Translations under genes and position numbers: made by a program
Source of the DNA: Candidatus Eiseniibacteriota bacterium
GTDB lineage: Bacteria; Eisenbacteria; RBG-16-71-46; JABDJR01
DNA: 32,000 bases
Assembly (NCBI GenBank): GCA_942491735.1
Contig: CALOCN010000014.1
Coordinates: 17,642 to 49,641 of the forward strand
Direction of reading: 5' to 3'
Notes under the pieces: generated by a model
Database searches by the model: none
What the model was told of the DNA's origin: nothing
What the model saw: the letters and a program-made list of their open reading frames with translations, nothing else
Part shown: piece by piece, positions 16,244 through 25,103 of the stretch
Layout of the letters: the number at the start of each line of letters is the position of its first letter
Numbering within the stretch: position 1 is the first letter of the stretch

Positions 16244-17212
16244 ATGAAAGCCATCACCTACACCCAGTACGGCCCGCCCTCGGTCCTGCGCCTCCAGGAC
16301 ATTTCCAAGCCTGTCCCCAAGCCCGATCAACTCCTTGTCCGGGTTCGCGCCGCCGCGGTCAATCCCTACGACTGGCACTTCCTGCGTGGCCTTCCCTATT
16401 TCATGCGACTTATCTCGGGGATCCGCGCGCCACGCCGGCCCACCCTGGGGGCCGACTTCGCCGGTGAGGTGGAGGCGGTGGGGAGCAAGGTCACCGAGTT
16501 CCGACCCGGTGATGCGTTGTTTGGTTTCGCGGACGGAACGTTCGCCGAGTACGTTGTGGCCAAACCCAAGCAGGTGGCGCTCAAGCCGGACGGCGTCTCG
16601 TTCGAGCAGGCGGCCTCGCTTCCCATTGCCGGCATCACCGCGCTCCAGGGCCTGCGTGATGTCGGCAAGCTGCAGCCGGGTCAGCGGGCGCTCATCGTGG
16701 GCGCATCCGGGGGCGTGGGAACGTTCGCGGTTCCGCTGGCCAAACACTTCGGCGCCCATGTGACCGGCGTGTGCAGCACGCGCAACCTGGAACTGGTCCG
16801 CTCCCTGGGTGCCGACCACGTGATTGACTACACCCAGGAAGACTGGACCACGTCGCCCGAACCGTACGATCTGGTCTTGCACCTCGCCGGGAGGGACTCG
16901 CCCGGTCGTTGCCGGACGGTGCTTACCCCCAAGGGGAGTTTGATTCTCAGCAGCGGGGATTCGGACAACCGTTGGTTGGGACCCTTGGGAAGCGTGCTCG
17001 GGGCCCTGCTCCTTTCCCCGTTTGTGGGGCAGAAGCTGACCATGGTTAACGCCAAGCCACGAACGGCTGACCTGGAGGCGCTTGCCGCCTACGTGGCGGA
17101 CGGGACGATGACTCCGATCCTGGGGGAATCCTATCCCCTGGCGGAGACCGCTCAGGCGATGGCGCAGATCGAGACGGCGCATACGCGAGGGAAGATCCTG
17201 ATAACTCCCTGA
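16244..17212 (+). CDS. NAD(P)H:quinone oxidoreductase / zinc-type alcohol dehydrogenase-like (MDR superfamily)
   Basis: MKAITYTQYGPPSVLRLQDISKPVPKPDQLLVRVRAAAVNPYDW.. is typical of zeta-crystallin-like MDRs. It has the GASGGVG Rossmann motif and the C-terminal TRGKILI. Confidence 0.9.
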   Translation: MKAITYTQYGPPSVLRLQDISKPVPKPDQLLVRVRAAAVNPYDWHFLRGLPYFMRLISGIRAPRRPTLGADFAGEVEAVGSKVTEFRPGDALFGFADGTFAEYVVAKPKQVALKPDGVSFEQAASLPIAGITALQGLRDVGKLQPGQRALIVGASGGVGTFAVPLAKHFGAHVTGVCSTRNLELVRSLGADHVIDYTQEDWTTSPEPYDLVLHLAGRDSPGRCRTVLTPKGSLILSSGDSDNRWLGPLGSVLGALLLSPFVGQKLTMVNAKPRTADLEALAAYVADGTMTPILGESYPLAETAQAMAQIETAHTRGKILITP

Positions 17213-17331
17213 CCCACCACTTTTCTTGTGCAGTTCTTCCGTCTGACGGCATTTACCCAATGTACGCCTGCCCCGCTCCGATTCCGGCTGACTGGGTCAG
17301 GCGATGGTCCACGACCCATTGGGAGACTGCC

Positions 17332-18291
17332 GTGAAGAAACAATTGATCGCCCTCGTTGCCCTGACGACCCTCCTGAGCCCCCTCGCCGCCTTCGCCGAG
17401 GTACCGCCGGTCTTCCTCCGTGGTTGGGGGGGCAATGGTCCGGACGGGTTCAATCTGGTCTCGGACCTTGGGATCGGGCCCACGGGCTATCTGTACTCGG
17501 TGGAAGTGCACGCTAGGCGAGTTCAGTACTTCAACCAGGACGGCACGCCAATGGGCTCCTGGGGCTCCTTCGGCAGTGGGCCCGGGGAGTTCAAGCTTCC
17601 CCAAGGGCTCCATGTATCCCCCACGGGTGTCGTCTATGTCGCCGATTGGGACAACTACCGATACCAGAAGTTCAATTCGGTGGGTACGTACCTTTCCGAG
17701 TTCTCCGACGGCAACAAACCCGCCGATCTTGACTTCGATTCCGCCGGAAACATTTACGTGGTCCAAACCCAGAATCACCGGATCCGGAAGTTCTCCAGTT
17801 CGGGATCCCTCATTCTCCAATGGGGCAGCTTCGGTTCCATCACCGGTCAGTTCAAGTCCCCCTATCACATCGTTATCGACGACTCGGATCGCGTCTATGT
17901 CACGGATGTGGGCAATGATCGGGTGCAGGTCTTCAACACTTCCGGTGGCTTTCTCTTTGGATGGGGGGCCAATGGAACGGGTGACGGCCAGTTCGACTCC
18001 CCGCACGGGATTGCCCAGGACGCACAAGGCAACATCTACGTCACGGACACGGACAACGGGCGAGTTCAGAAGTTCACTTCGGAGGGGGTATTCCTGACCA
18101 AGTTTGGTTCCTGGGGTAGTGGGGACGGAGAGTTCGTCGCTCCCTACGGAATCGTCGTCAACGACCTGGGAGAAGTATTCGTTGGGGACGACAAGAGGAT
18201 CCAGGTGTTCGGCGAGGCCCCGGTTGCCGTGGAGAAGACCACCTGGGGGGCGATCAAGAGCGCGGTGAGAGATCCGCAAGAGCAGCCCTAG
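17332..18291 (+). CDS. secreted NHL-repeat beta-propeller protein
   Basis: GTG 17332 yields the signal peptide VKKQLIALVALTTLLSPLAAFA; the listed ATG 17260 adds a non-signal leader. There are six repeats of G.G.GEF..P.GI.VD..GN.YV.D..N.R.Q.F type. The protein ends in ..EKTTWGAIKSAVRDPQEQP. Confidence 0.75.
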   Translation: MKKQLIALVALTTLLSPLAAFAEVPPVFLRGWGGNGPDGFNLVSDLGIGPTGYLYSVEVHARRVQYFNQDGTPMGSWGSFGSGPGEFKLPQGLHVSPTGVVYVADWDNYRYQKFNSVGTYLSEFSDGNKPADLDFDSAGNIYVVQTQNHRIRKFSSSGSLILQWGSFGSITGQFKSPYHIVIDDSDRVYVTDVGNDRVQVFNTSGGFLFGWGANGTGDGQFDSPHGIAQDAQGNIYVTDTDNGRVQKFTSEGVFLTKFGSWGSGDGEFVAPYGIVVNDLGEVFVGDDKRIQVFGEAPVAVEKTTWGAIKSAVRDPQEQP

Positions 18292-18348
18292 GTCGTGATC
18301 GCCGTCGGTTCCTGTGACTTTATCCTTCTCACTAGGAGAGCCAATTCC

Positions 18349-19188
18349 ATGCGGTATCTAGCCATGATGATGCTGGTCCCTTGCCTCTTTGTCTCCCAGA
18401 CTTCCGCCCAGGTTGTGGTAGCGGATCTGCATGCTTACGTTCTTCAGAACAACGGCACCCCCCCACCGTCCCCCAAGTACGGGTTTGGCGACGGTGAGTG
18501 GTTCGTGGGGAGCTACGGTCCCTGGTCCCTGGGGGGAGTGAACCATCGGAGCCCCAATGGAACCGCCCAAGGACTCCCGGCCATGTCGGGAGACAGCTGG
18601 GCATTCGCCGGCTGGAGCCGGGGTGCGGCACCCAACTGTTGCGATTTCAAGACGGTTCGACTCGCGGAGGAAACCTTCACGGCGTCACTCCTGATGCGCA
18701 ACTATCCGGTGCAAACAACGCAGCGCAGCATGATCCTGGGTTGGGCCGTGCCGGATCACGTGACCTCTGTCAGCAGAATCGTTCTCGTCGTCGAGAATGA
18801 CCCCGGGTGCCACCCGGAAGTCGAGGGCACCTGGGGAGGCACCATTGGACCATGCCAGGACCCTCCGATCATTTCGGACGTGGAGGTGTCCGCGGGATGG
18901 GCGACCTACGGGGGGTGCTGTGGTGCCTGGAGCCTAAGAGGGTCCATTACTCCGTTCGTGGTCCCCGGTGGAGACCAGACCGTGTTCGAGGTCGCCGCAG
19001 CGGACCCCGTCAGTGGGGACCCGGTGGAGACGATCGGACCGGGCCATCGCATCTATGTGGTCTTCCGACAGCCCAACAACGGCCTATTCGAACTGGCCAA
19101 CGTCAACCTGCAGGTTTGGGGAACATCCGATCAGCCGGTACCTACGGAGCCGACCACATGGGGCAAGCTGAAGCACTACGGACAGTAG
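18349..19188 (+). CDS. secreted hypothetical protein (Trp/Gly-rich, beta-rich), with a C-terminal TTWGKLK motif
   Basis: ATG 18349 is preceded by AGGAGA. The signal peptide is MRYLAMMMLVPCLFVSQTSAQ. No known domain recognised. Confidence 0.7.
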   Translation: MRYLAMMMLVPCLFVSQTSAQVVVADLHAYVLQNNGTPPPSPKYGFGDGEWFVGSYGPWSLGGVNHRSPNGTAQGLPAMSGDSWAFAGWSRGAAPNCCDFKTVRLAEETFTASLLMRNYPVQTTQRSMILGWAVPDHVTSVSRIVLVVENDPGCHPEVEGTWGGTIGPCQDPPIISDVEVSAGWATYGGCCGAWSLRGSITPFVVPGGDQTVFEVAAADPVSGDPVETIGPGHRIYVVFRQPNNGLFELANVNLQVWGTSDQPVPTEPTTWGKLKHYGQ

Positions 19189-19207
19189 GTACGCGTCGCT
19201 GTCCCAC

Positions 19208-19795
19208 CTACTCGCTCCTCAGGGCCCGGAGCTCCTCGGCCAGTCGTTTCGCCGCCCGCTTCACGGTCATGCGGGCTGCGTTCCAGGTCGGCTTTCCCAT
19301 CGCCTCGGCAACACGATCGTAGGTGAAGCCGAACTCGAACCTGAGAATGAAGGCTTCCTTGTATTCCTGGGACAGGCGATCGAGCCCCTGCTCGTACAGT
19401 TCCAACTGTTCGTTCGTGATCGTCCGGTCCAGGGGCGAGGGTGACGGGTCGATCACCATGGTCAGCTCCTGATGTTCCGGTCGCCGGGAAACCGCTCGAA
19501 TCTCTTGACGGATCTCGTTCAGGAGAACGACCCTCAGATAGGCCAGGAACGACCCTTCCTGGGTGAACTCAAGCTTCTCGATCCTGGCCAGCGTCTTGAG
19601 CAGGGTCACCTGGACCAGATCGTTCGTGTCGACCCGGGATCGGGCATGGGCGGGGAGCCGGTTGGAAGCCCAGCGGGTCAGGATGGGCAGGTAGCGCGTG
19701 ACCACAAGATTGGTGGCTGCCACATCTCCCTGGCCGCTCATCTCCAGCAAACGGATCGTTTTCAGTTCGGTATCGTGCCCCATTGTGTCTCCCAT
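19208..19795 (-). CDS. ECF-type RNA polymerase sigma-70 family factor
   Basis: Region 2 (DLVQVTLLKTLARIEKLEF..FLAYLRVVLLNEIRQEIR) and region 4 (LSQEYKEAFILRFEFGFTYDRVAEAMGKPTWNAARMTVKRAAKRL). ATG 19795 is the first in-frame Met after the upstream kinase stop (19845). ATG 19783 has a GGGAGA SD and is an alternative start. The listed start 19924 would overlap the kinase gene. Confidence 0.85.
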   Translation of the reverse strand: MGDTMGHDTELKTIRLLEMSGQGDVAATNLVVTRYLPILTRWASNRLPAHARSRVDTNDLVQVTLLKTLARIEKLEFTQEGSFLAYLRVVLLNEIRQEIRAVSRRPEHQELTMVIDPSPSPLDRTITNEQLELYEQGLDRLSQEYKEAFILRFEFGFTYDRVAEAMGKPTWNAARMTVKRAAKRLAEELRALRSE

Positions 19796-19844
19796 GTCTT
19801 GGGAATGCCGCCGAGCGGCAATCCTGAACACCACCCTCGGACGG

Positions 19845-22800
19845 TCAACGATCGCCTTCCAGGCTCCGATCTCCGTTGTCCTCGAGTCCGGCCCAAGGAT
19901 CCATAGGCTCGCGCAATCCAGCAAGGACCTGGAATCCGTAGGTTTGTGTGAGGGAGGCCAGTTCCGGATCCTCGAGACAGGCCTTCATCAGCCGGGCGGG
20001 ATTGCGCGAGGTCTCAAAGAGCTCAAGGGCCTGCTCAGGGTTTCCTCCAGCCGCGAAGGCGCTCATCTGCAGGAGTTCCGATTCCAGGTAGAGAGGAACA
20101 ACGGTCCAGTCCAGGAGCGTTCCCACCCCACCCAATCCACCCAGAAAATCGCTCGAGAACGAGCTTGCTACGGCCCCGCTAAAACCGCTCCGCCCATACC
20201 CATACCCGAGCCCCATCGCTCCCAGTAGCCTGGTGGTGTTTTCGATACGCCTTTCCTTGAGTCGTCTGGCCAAGGACTGCAAATCACGAAGGCCGCTACC
20301 GACAACACGCCGACACCACACGACTCTGGCTTGGTCAAGGGATGAAGTCCCTGACGTCCATTGAGAGACATCGCCGATGTCGGGAAACGCCTGAACGTCA
20401 ACGAGCGCAGCGGCCGCAGCAAGGCGCACGAGTCGATAGGGAGAGTCCAGCAATTCCCTTGCGTACGAGTAGGGACGCTCCAGGCAAATATCCCGCAGCG
20501 TTTGGACAGCGATGGAAAGAAGAAACTGGTCCTCCGGCTTGCACTGGGCCGCCCGTTCAAGGAAGCGGGAGACCACTTCAACAGTGTGGTCATCGCGATA
20601 CTCGCCGTGAAACGCCTGCAGAATGTTGAACTCCGAGTCTCGTGGAAGCACTGATTGGCGGCACTCATGAGCCCGGTTGGCAAGACGTGAATGGGATTCC
20701 CAGGCGATACCCTTGACGAAGGAGTCGGAGGAGGTCATCAGGTCAAGCAACGCACTGCAGGCGTCGGCGTCGGCGTAGTGGCGCAGGGCATATGCCAAGG
20801 TGACCTGTTCGGATCGTCGAAGATGGGGGCGTCTCGAGAAGTTCAGAAGTGCGTCACGTACGCGTGGGGATCGACACCAGAAGAGCGCGTCCAAAGCAAA
20901 GGTCAAGTGCTCTGGCGCAAGCTCCTGCATGACATTGTAGGCGTAGCGAGGGCCCTCCATGAGGCCTCGCTTTCCAAGCGTGGACGGGAATGTGCCGATG
21001 TAGGGACTCTGGGAGGACGACCATTGCTCAAGACGCGTGCTGATTCTCTGGGACTGTGCTTCCGTCAGCTCCTTGGCTTGAAGCAAAGACGGGATCCAGG
21101 CCAACGGGCGAGCATCGAGTACCTGACTCAGGGCGTGGTTGGCACCCTCGGGGCACATCAGAAAGGCCGCCCGAACGATTGCCGGTAGGGCGGGACTGTC
21201 AAGGAAGCGTGAAGCCACTTGCTCCAGTACCGAAACATCACTACATGTACCGCACTGTGCGAGCGTCCAGAGTGAAGTCTCGAAATCCCCGTCCGCACGA
21301 CTTGCGTAGGAACTGAAGCCGCCTCCTCCGATGCCCGAGACCGGGACATCCTGGGGTTCAATGCGAGAGAGATACGATCTTGCCTCAGCCAGTATGGAAG
21401 AGTCACATCTGCCAAGGTCCAGCAACGCAAGCTTGGCGTGGGCACCAATGTTGGACGTGTTGGCCAGAGATTTCAGGGTGTCGACCAGGGCATCTGACTC
21501 AATGAATCCAAGCGCGCGCACGAAGGCCGCGCGATCCATATATGGTCCAAGAAGTGAGTCGATGACCTGCGTGAGCTCCCGGCCGGGCAGCTGCCGGAGC
21601 GTAGCGGCAACAACGGACGACATAGCCGGAACCCCGTCACTGAAATGGTTTCCTCCCTCACGAAGCTCTGTCTCAAGGAGTTGGTCAAGGAGGGTGGAGT
21701 CCAGGCTCGCTCCATAGGCAACGAAGTTGCAGATCCCAAACGTACGGGCCATGGCGAGACGAGGGTGAGTGCTCAGTTGCTCTAGCAGCGCCTCCGCACC
21801 CTGAATTGTAGGCTCCCGAATGAACTGTACTTTCAGTTTCTCCCACGGTTTTGCCAGGAGAGACAGGTCCCGTTCACTCTCAACGTAGATACCCTTGGCA
21901 AGTGCTACGTGCTGAGAGTCGGGGAACTGTCGAACGTCCCAATGCGACTCGCGAAGAAACCTCGGGAAGCCCAGCCAACGGTCAACAGGCGTTGGTTCGG
22001 GCGTTCCCGCGAAGAGTCGTATGATTCCCAGGTCATGCGCCCTATCGCCTTCGATATTCGACGTCACCACGCCCTTTGCGAAGGTGAGATGTGAAAGATG
22101 CGAGTATCGGAGCCCGACCACGAGCATGCTGACCAGGGCGAGACCCAGGGCGCTGGCAATGGCGATGCGTTTCGGGGACTGTCGGAGCCTGGAGCGTGGT
22201 CTGGTCGCGGCCTCCAGATCGAGCAGAAGATCGTGGCACGTTTGGTAGCGCGAGTCCGGATCCCTGTGCAGGCACTTGAGGATCACAGCGGATAGCCGGA
22301 TGGGGATCTCCGGCCGGATTGAAATGGGAGGTTCGGGCTTGTCGTACAGTGTCTTGCGGATGACCTCGGCCGGATGCCTTCCCGGAAACGGAAGCACGCC
22401 GCAAAGCATCTGGTACAGCACGCACCCCAGGGCAAAGATGTCCACTCGGCCATCGGTTGCCAGTCCCCGGAGTTGTTCCGGGGCCGCGAACCCTGGCGTC
22501 CCCGGAATCAGCTCACCCTTGAGTCCCCCGACACCGGCGGCGTGGGCGATACCGAAGTCCGTGATCTTGCAACGACCCTGGGGATCCACGACAACGTTGC
22601 GACACTTGATGTCCCGGTGAACGATACCGGCTTCGTGGGCAGCCCCGAGTGCTTCCGCAAGCTGTCCAGCGATCTCGGAGAATCGTGGAAGGGAGAGCCG
22701 TCCTTCCTGGGCGATCAAAGTGGTCAAGTCACTCCCCGGGACCAACTCCTGGACCATGAAGGCGCGCTCTTCGGATACGCCGGCGTCGTGAACCGTTGCA

Positions 22801-23372
22801 ATGCCTGGGTGGTTCACTCGCGCGGCGATTCGTGCCTCCCGAAACAGGCTATCGTCATCCGAGGCTCCGGCCGTCGACACAATCTTCAAGGCCACGGTGC
22901 GCTGCAGGGGGCCCTCGTCGAACGCGCGGTAGACTATGCCGAAGCCACCCCGTCCCAGTTCTGCCTGCACGCGGTACCGGCCGGCGAACAAGGATCCCGG
23001 TTCCAGGGGAAGGACCGAGTCCGTGATCGGCACGGTCCATGAGGCCGTTGCGGGGTCATGCAGGTCCGCGACGCCTTCGATGAATCGGAGCGCGCTGAGG
23101 AGGGAGTCCCCCGTATGGAGCCTATCCTCTTCCCTCTTCCAGTCGATTACCTCGCCGTCCGCGAGGCGTCGCACCAGTTCCTCGATGTCCTTACGATCGG
23201 TCACGGGATCTTCCTCAGGCTCGGGGTAATCGAACGGAGAACCCTCCTGTATCAGATAGAATGCCGGAAACCCACTCCCCTGCACGCAGGCTGCAGGAAA
23301 GCAATCCTCACCCCTCATAGGCTGTGTGAATGGGTATCGACTCTCATTCCATAAGTTGATACTCAACCACAT
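19845..23372 (-). CDS. Hanks-type Ser/Thr protein kinase with one TM helix and a ~740-aa C-terminal alpha-helical (HEAT/ARM-like) domain
   Basis: Kinase motifs LGRGGFGIVYRA, VALKIV, HRDIKCRNVVV, DFG and PGTPGFAAPE (about nt 22190-22980). The TM helix is IAIASALGLALVSMLVVGL. The start is uncertain: the codons after ATG 23372 are atypically A/T-ending; alternatives are ATG 23318 or GTG 23204, the latter with GAGGAAG upstream. Confidence 0.85.
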   Translation of the reverse strand: MWLSINLWNESRYPFTQPMRGEDCFPAACVQGSGFPAFYLIQEGSPFDYPEPEEDPVTDRKDIEELVRRLADGEVIDWKREEDRLHTGDSLLSALRFIEGVADLHDPATASWTVPITDSVLPLEPGSLFAGRYRVQAELGRGGFGIVYRAFDEGPLQRTVALKIVSTAGASDDDSLFREARIAARVNHPGIATVHDAGVSEERAFMVQELVPGSDLTTLIAQEGRLSLPRFSEIAGQLAEALGAAHEAGIVHRDIKCRNVVVDPQGRCKITDFGIAHAAGVGGLKGELIPGTPGFAAPEQLRGLATDGRVDIFALGCVLYQMLCGVLPFPGRHPAEVIRKTLYDKPEPPISIRPEIPIRLSAVILKCLHRDPDSRYQTCHDLLLDLEAATRPRSRLRQSPKRIAIASALGLALVSMLVVGLRYSHLSHLTFAKGVVTSNIEGDRAHDLGIIRLFAGTPEPTPVDRWLGFPRFLRESHWDVRQFPDSQHVALAKGIYVESERDLSLLAKPWEKLKVQFIREPTIQGAEALLEQLSTHPRLAMARTFGICNFVAYGASLDSTLLDQLLETELREGGNHFSDGVPAMSSVVAATLRQLPGRELTQVIDSLLGPYMDRAAFVRALGFIESDALVDTLKSLANTSNIGAHAKLALLDLGRCDSSILAEARSYLSRIEPQDVPVSGIGGGGFSSYASRADGDFETSLWTLAQCGTCSDVSVLEQVASRFLDSPALPAIVRAAFLMCPEGANHALSQVLDARPLAWIPSLLQAKELTEAQSQRISTRLEQWSSSQSPYIGTFPSTLGKRGLMEGPRYAYNVMQELAPEHLTFALDALFWCRSPRVRDALLNFSRRPHLRRSEQVTLAYALRHYADADACSALLDLMTSSDSFVKGIAWESHSRLANRAHECRQSVLPRDSEFNILQAFHGEYRDDHTVEVVSRFLERAAQCKPEDQFLLSIAVQTLRDICLERPYSYARELLDSPYRLVRLAAAAALVDVQAFPDIGDVSQWTSGTSSLDQARVVWCRRVVGSGLRDLQSLARRLKERRIENTTRLLGAMGLGYGYGRSGFSGAVASSFSSDFLGGLGGVGTLLDWTVVPLYLESELLQMSAFAAGGNPEQALELFETSRNPARLMKACLEDPELASLTQTYGFQVLAGLREPMDPWAGLEDNGDRSLEGDR

Positions 23373-23480
23373 CTTATGGCTTGGGCGTGCAGTTCCTGGT
23401 TTCTAAGACATTCAATTTGTAGCGAACCCGAGGCCGGCTCGGAAGACCCACTCTCTCCCTACTCACCAAGAGGTACCAGG

Positions 23481-25103
23481 ATGCGTGCTGCTCCACTCAC
23501 CGTTCTTGCGATGGTTTTGACCCTATCCTTGCCCCTGGAAGTCGAAGCTCAGACGTCCTGCGTCGACTACGGTTCATACATCCACAGGGTCGCACATCTT
23601 CAGGACAACGGGGGGGGTGAGGGCCTTGTCATCAGGAATGGATACGCTTTCCGCGCGGCAGGCAATTCCGGCTTCCTGGTTACCGACATCTCGGACCCGT
23701 TGAATCCCGTGGCGGTGGCGAGTGTCCAGACTGGGCCAAACGCCTTCAGCCAGCAGGCCGTAGATCTGGAGGTCCAAGGCGACTATGCCTATGTCGTTGA
23801 CTCCTACGGATTGGCCCTGAGTGGTCTAAAGATCATCGACATCGCGGACCCTACTTCGCCGATCCTGATCGGTGGCGTCAATGCCCAAAGAACCGCCATG
23901 GACGTGGCGGTCTCCGGAACCCACGCCTACGTAGCCGATCACCAGAGCGGCCTGCAGGTGGTCGACGTCAGCAATCCTTCGAGTCCGGTGATGATCGGGA
24001 GCGTGGATACGCCTGGAGTCGGATATGGAGTCGCAGTTTCCGGGTCCTATGTCTACCTGGCCGATTTCACGGGCGGGTTTCATGTGATCGATGCTAGCAA
24101 CCCCGCCAGTCCCTCGATCATCGCGACACTTGCAACGGTGGGGGTTGCGTTTGATGTGGCGGTCGATGGGGACTATCTGTATCTGTCCAACCATGTTCAA
24201 GGCGTGCAAGTGGCGGACATTTCGAACCCGGCGAGCCCGGTCATCATCGCCAATATCCCCGCTGAGACGTCCTCAGGCGAGATCAATCTCGCGGGGGATC
24301 ACCTCTACATTGCCGACTATCCGCGGACACAGATCGTTGACGTGTCAACTCCCGGCGCTCCCGTCCTCCTTGCCAACATTGGTATTGTGGCCACAGGCGC
24401 AGGGGATGATGGAGTCTATGCCTACTTCTCGGAGCCAACGGGCGCTACCGCGGGCCTAGCCGTGTACGACATCGGCGCTCTCTCCAATCCCCAGCCGGTC
24501 GGCGTTTCAAGCCAAATCTTTCGTTGCCGGGCGTTGAGTGTCCAAGGGGACTACGCCTTCACCGCGGACCTCCTGTCGGCGTTGCGGGTGTTCGATGTAT
24601 CCGATCCGTCCAGCCCCAACGAAGTAGCAAGTATCCCGATTCCCGGGACCCCGACGGATGTCGATGTGTATGGAACCCAAGCCTACGTAGTTGCGGTCAA
24701 CTCCACGATTGAAGTCGTTGACACCAGTGATCCTCTGGCGCCTACGATCGTTGCGAGTCTCCCCCTTCCGGCGTTTTGCGTCACCGTTGCCGGATCCTAT
24801 GCATATGTCGGCGACGGGAGTGGGAATCTAACCATCCTCGACCTCGCGAATCCGGCGAACCCAAACCCGGTTTCGACGATCGCGTTGCCATCATCCTCTA
24901 CCATCTATGAGATCGTCGTTTCCGGATCATATGCCTACGTTGCCAACAACATCGAAGGCATTGTCGTCCTCGATGTGTCGGATCCCCTCAACCCGGTTGT
25001 CGTGGCGAATGTCCCGGTCACGGCATACAACACTGCATCCGCGGGTTGGCTCTGGCTGGAACAAGCCTGTGTGTCGCGGAGTTCAACAATGGGCTTGTTG
25101 TGA
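23481..25103 (+). CDS. secreted LVIVD-repeat beta-propeller protein, N-terminal part (frame broken near 25043-25046)
   Basis: ATG 23481 yields the signal peptide MRAAPLTVLAMVLTLSLPLEVEAQ. About 11 repeats of V.G.YAYVAD...GL.V(V/I)D(V/I)S(N/D)P..P type follow. The last 19 codons (WLWLEQACVSRSSTMGLL) break the repeat pattern. Confidence 0.8.
   Translation: MRAAPLTVLAMVLTLSLPLEVEAQTSCVDYGSYIHRVAHLQDNGGGEGLVIRNGYAFRAAGNSGFLVTDISDPLNPVAVASVQTGPNAFSQQAVDLEVQGDYAYVVDSYGLALSGLKIIDIADPTSPILIGGVNAQRTAMDVAVSGTHAYVADHQSGLQVVDVSNPSSPVMIGSVDTPGVGYGVAVSGSYVYLADFTGGFHVIDASNPASPSIIATLATVGVAFDVAVDGDYLYLSNHVQGVQVADISNPASPVIIANIPAETSSGEINLAGDHLYIADYPRTQIVDVSTPGAPVLLANIGIVATGAGDDGVYAYFSEPTGATAGLAVYDIGALSNPQPVGVSSQIFRCRALSVQGDYAFTADLLSALRVFDVSDPSSPNEVASIPIPGTPTDVDVYGTQAYVVAVNSTIEVVDTSDPLAPTIVASLPLPAFCVTVAGSYAYVGDGSGNLTILDLANPANPNPVSTIALPSSSTIYEIVVSGSYAYVANNIEGIVVLDVSDPLNPVVVANVPVTAYNTASAGWLWLEQACVSRSSTMGLL

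Noticed and set aside
23205-23372. First 56 codons of the HEAT-domain kinase ORF
   Set aside because: Not fully rejected. Codon usage there is atypically A/T-ending, no SD precedes ATG 23372, and GTG 23204 has a GAGGAAG SD. I kept the maximal ORF in the feature table and flagged the uncertainty.
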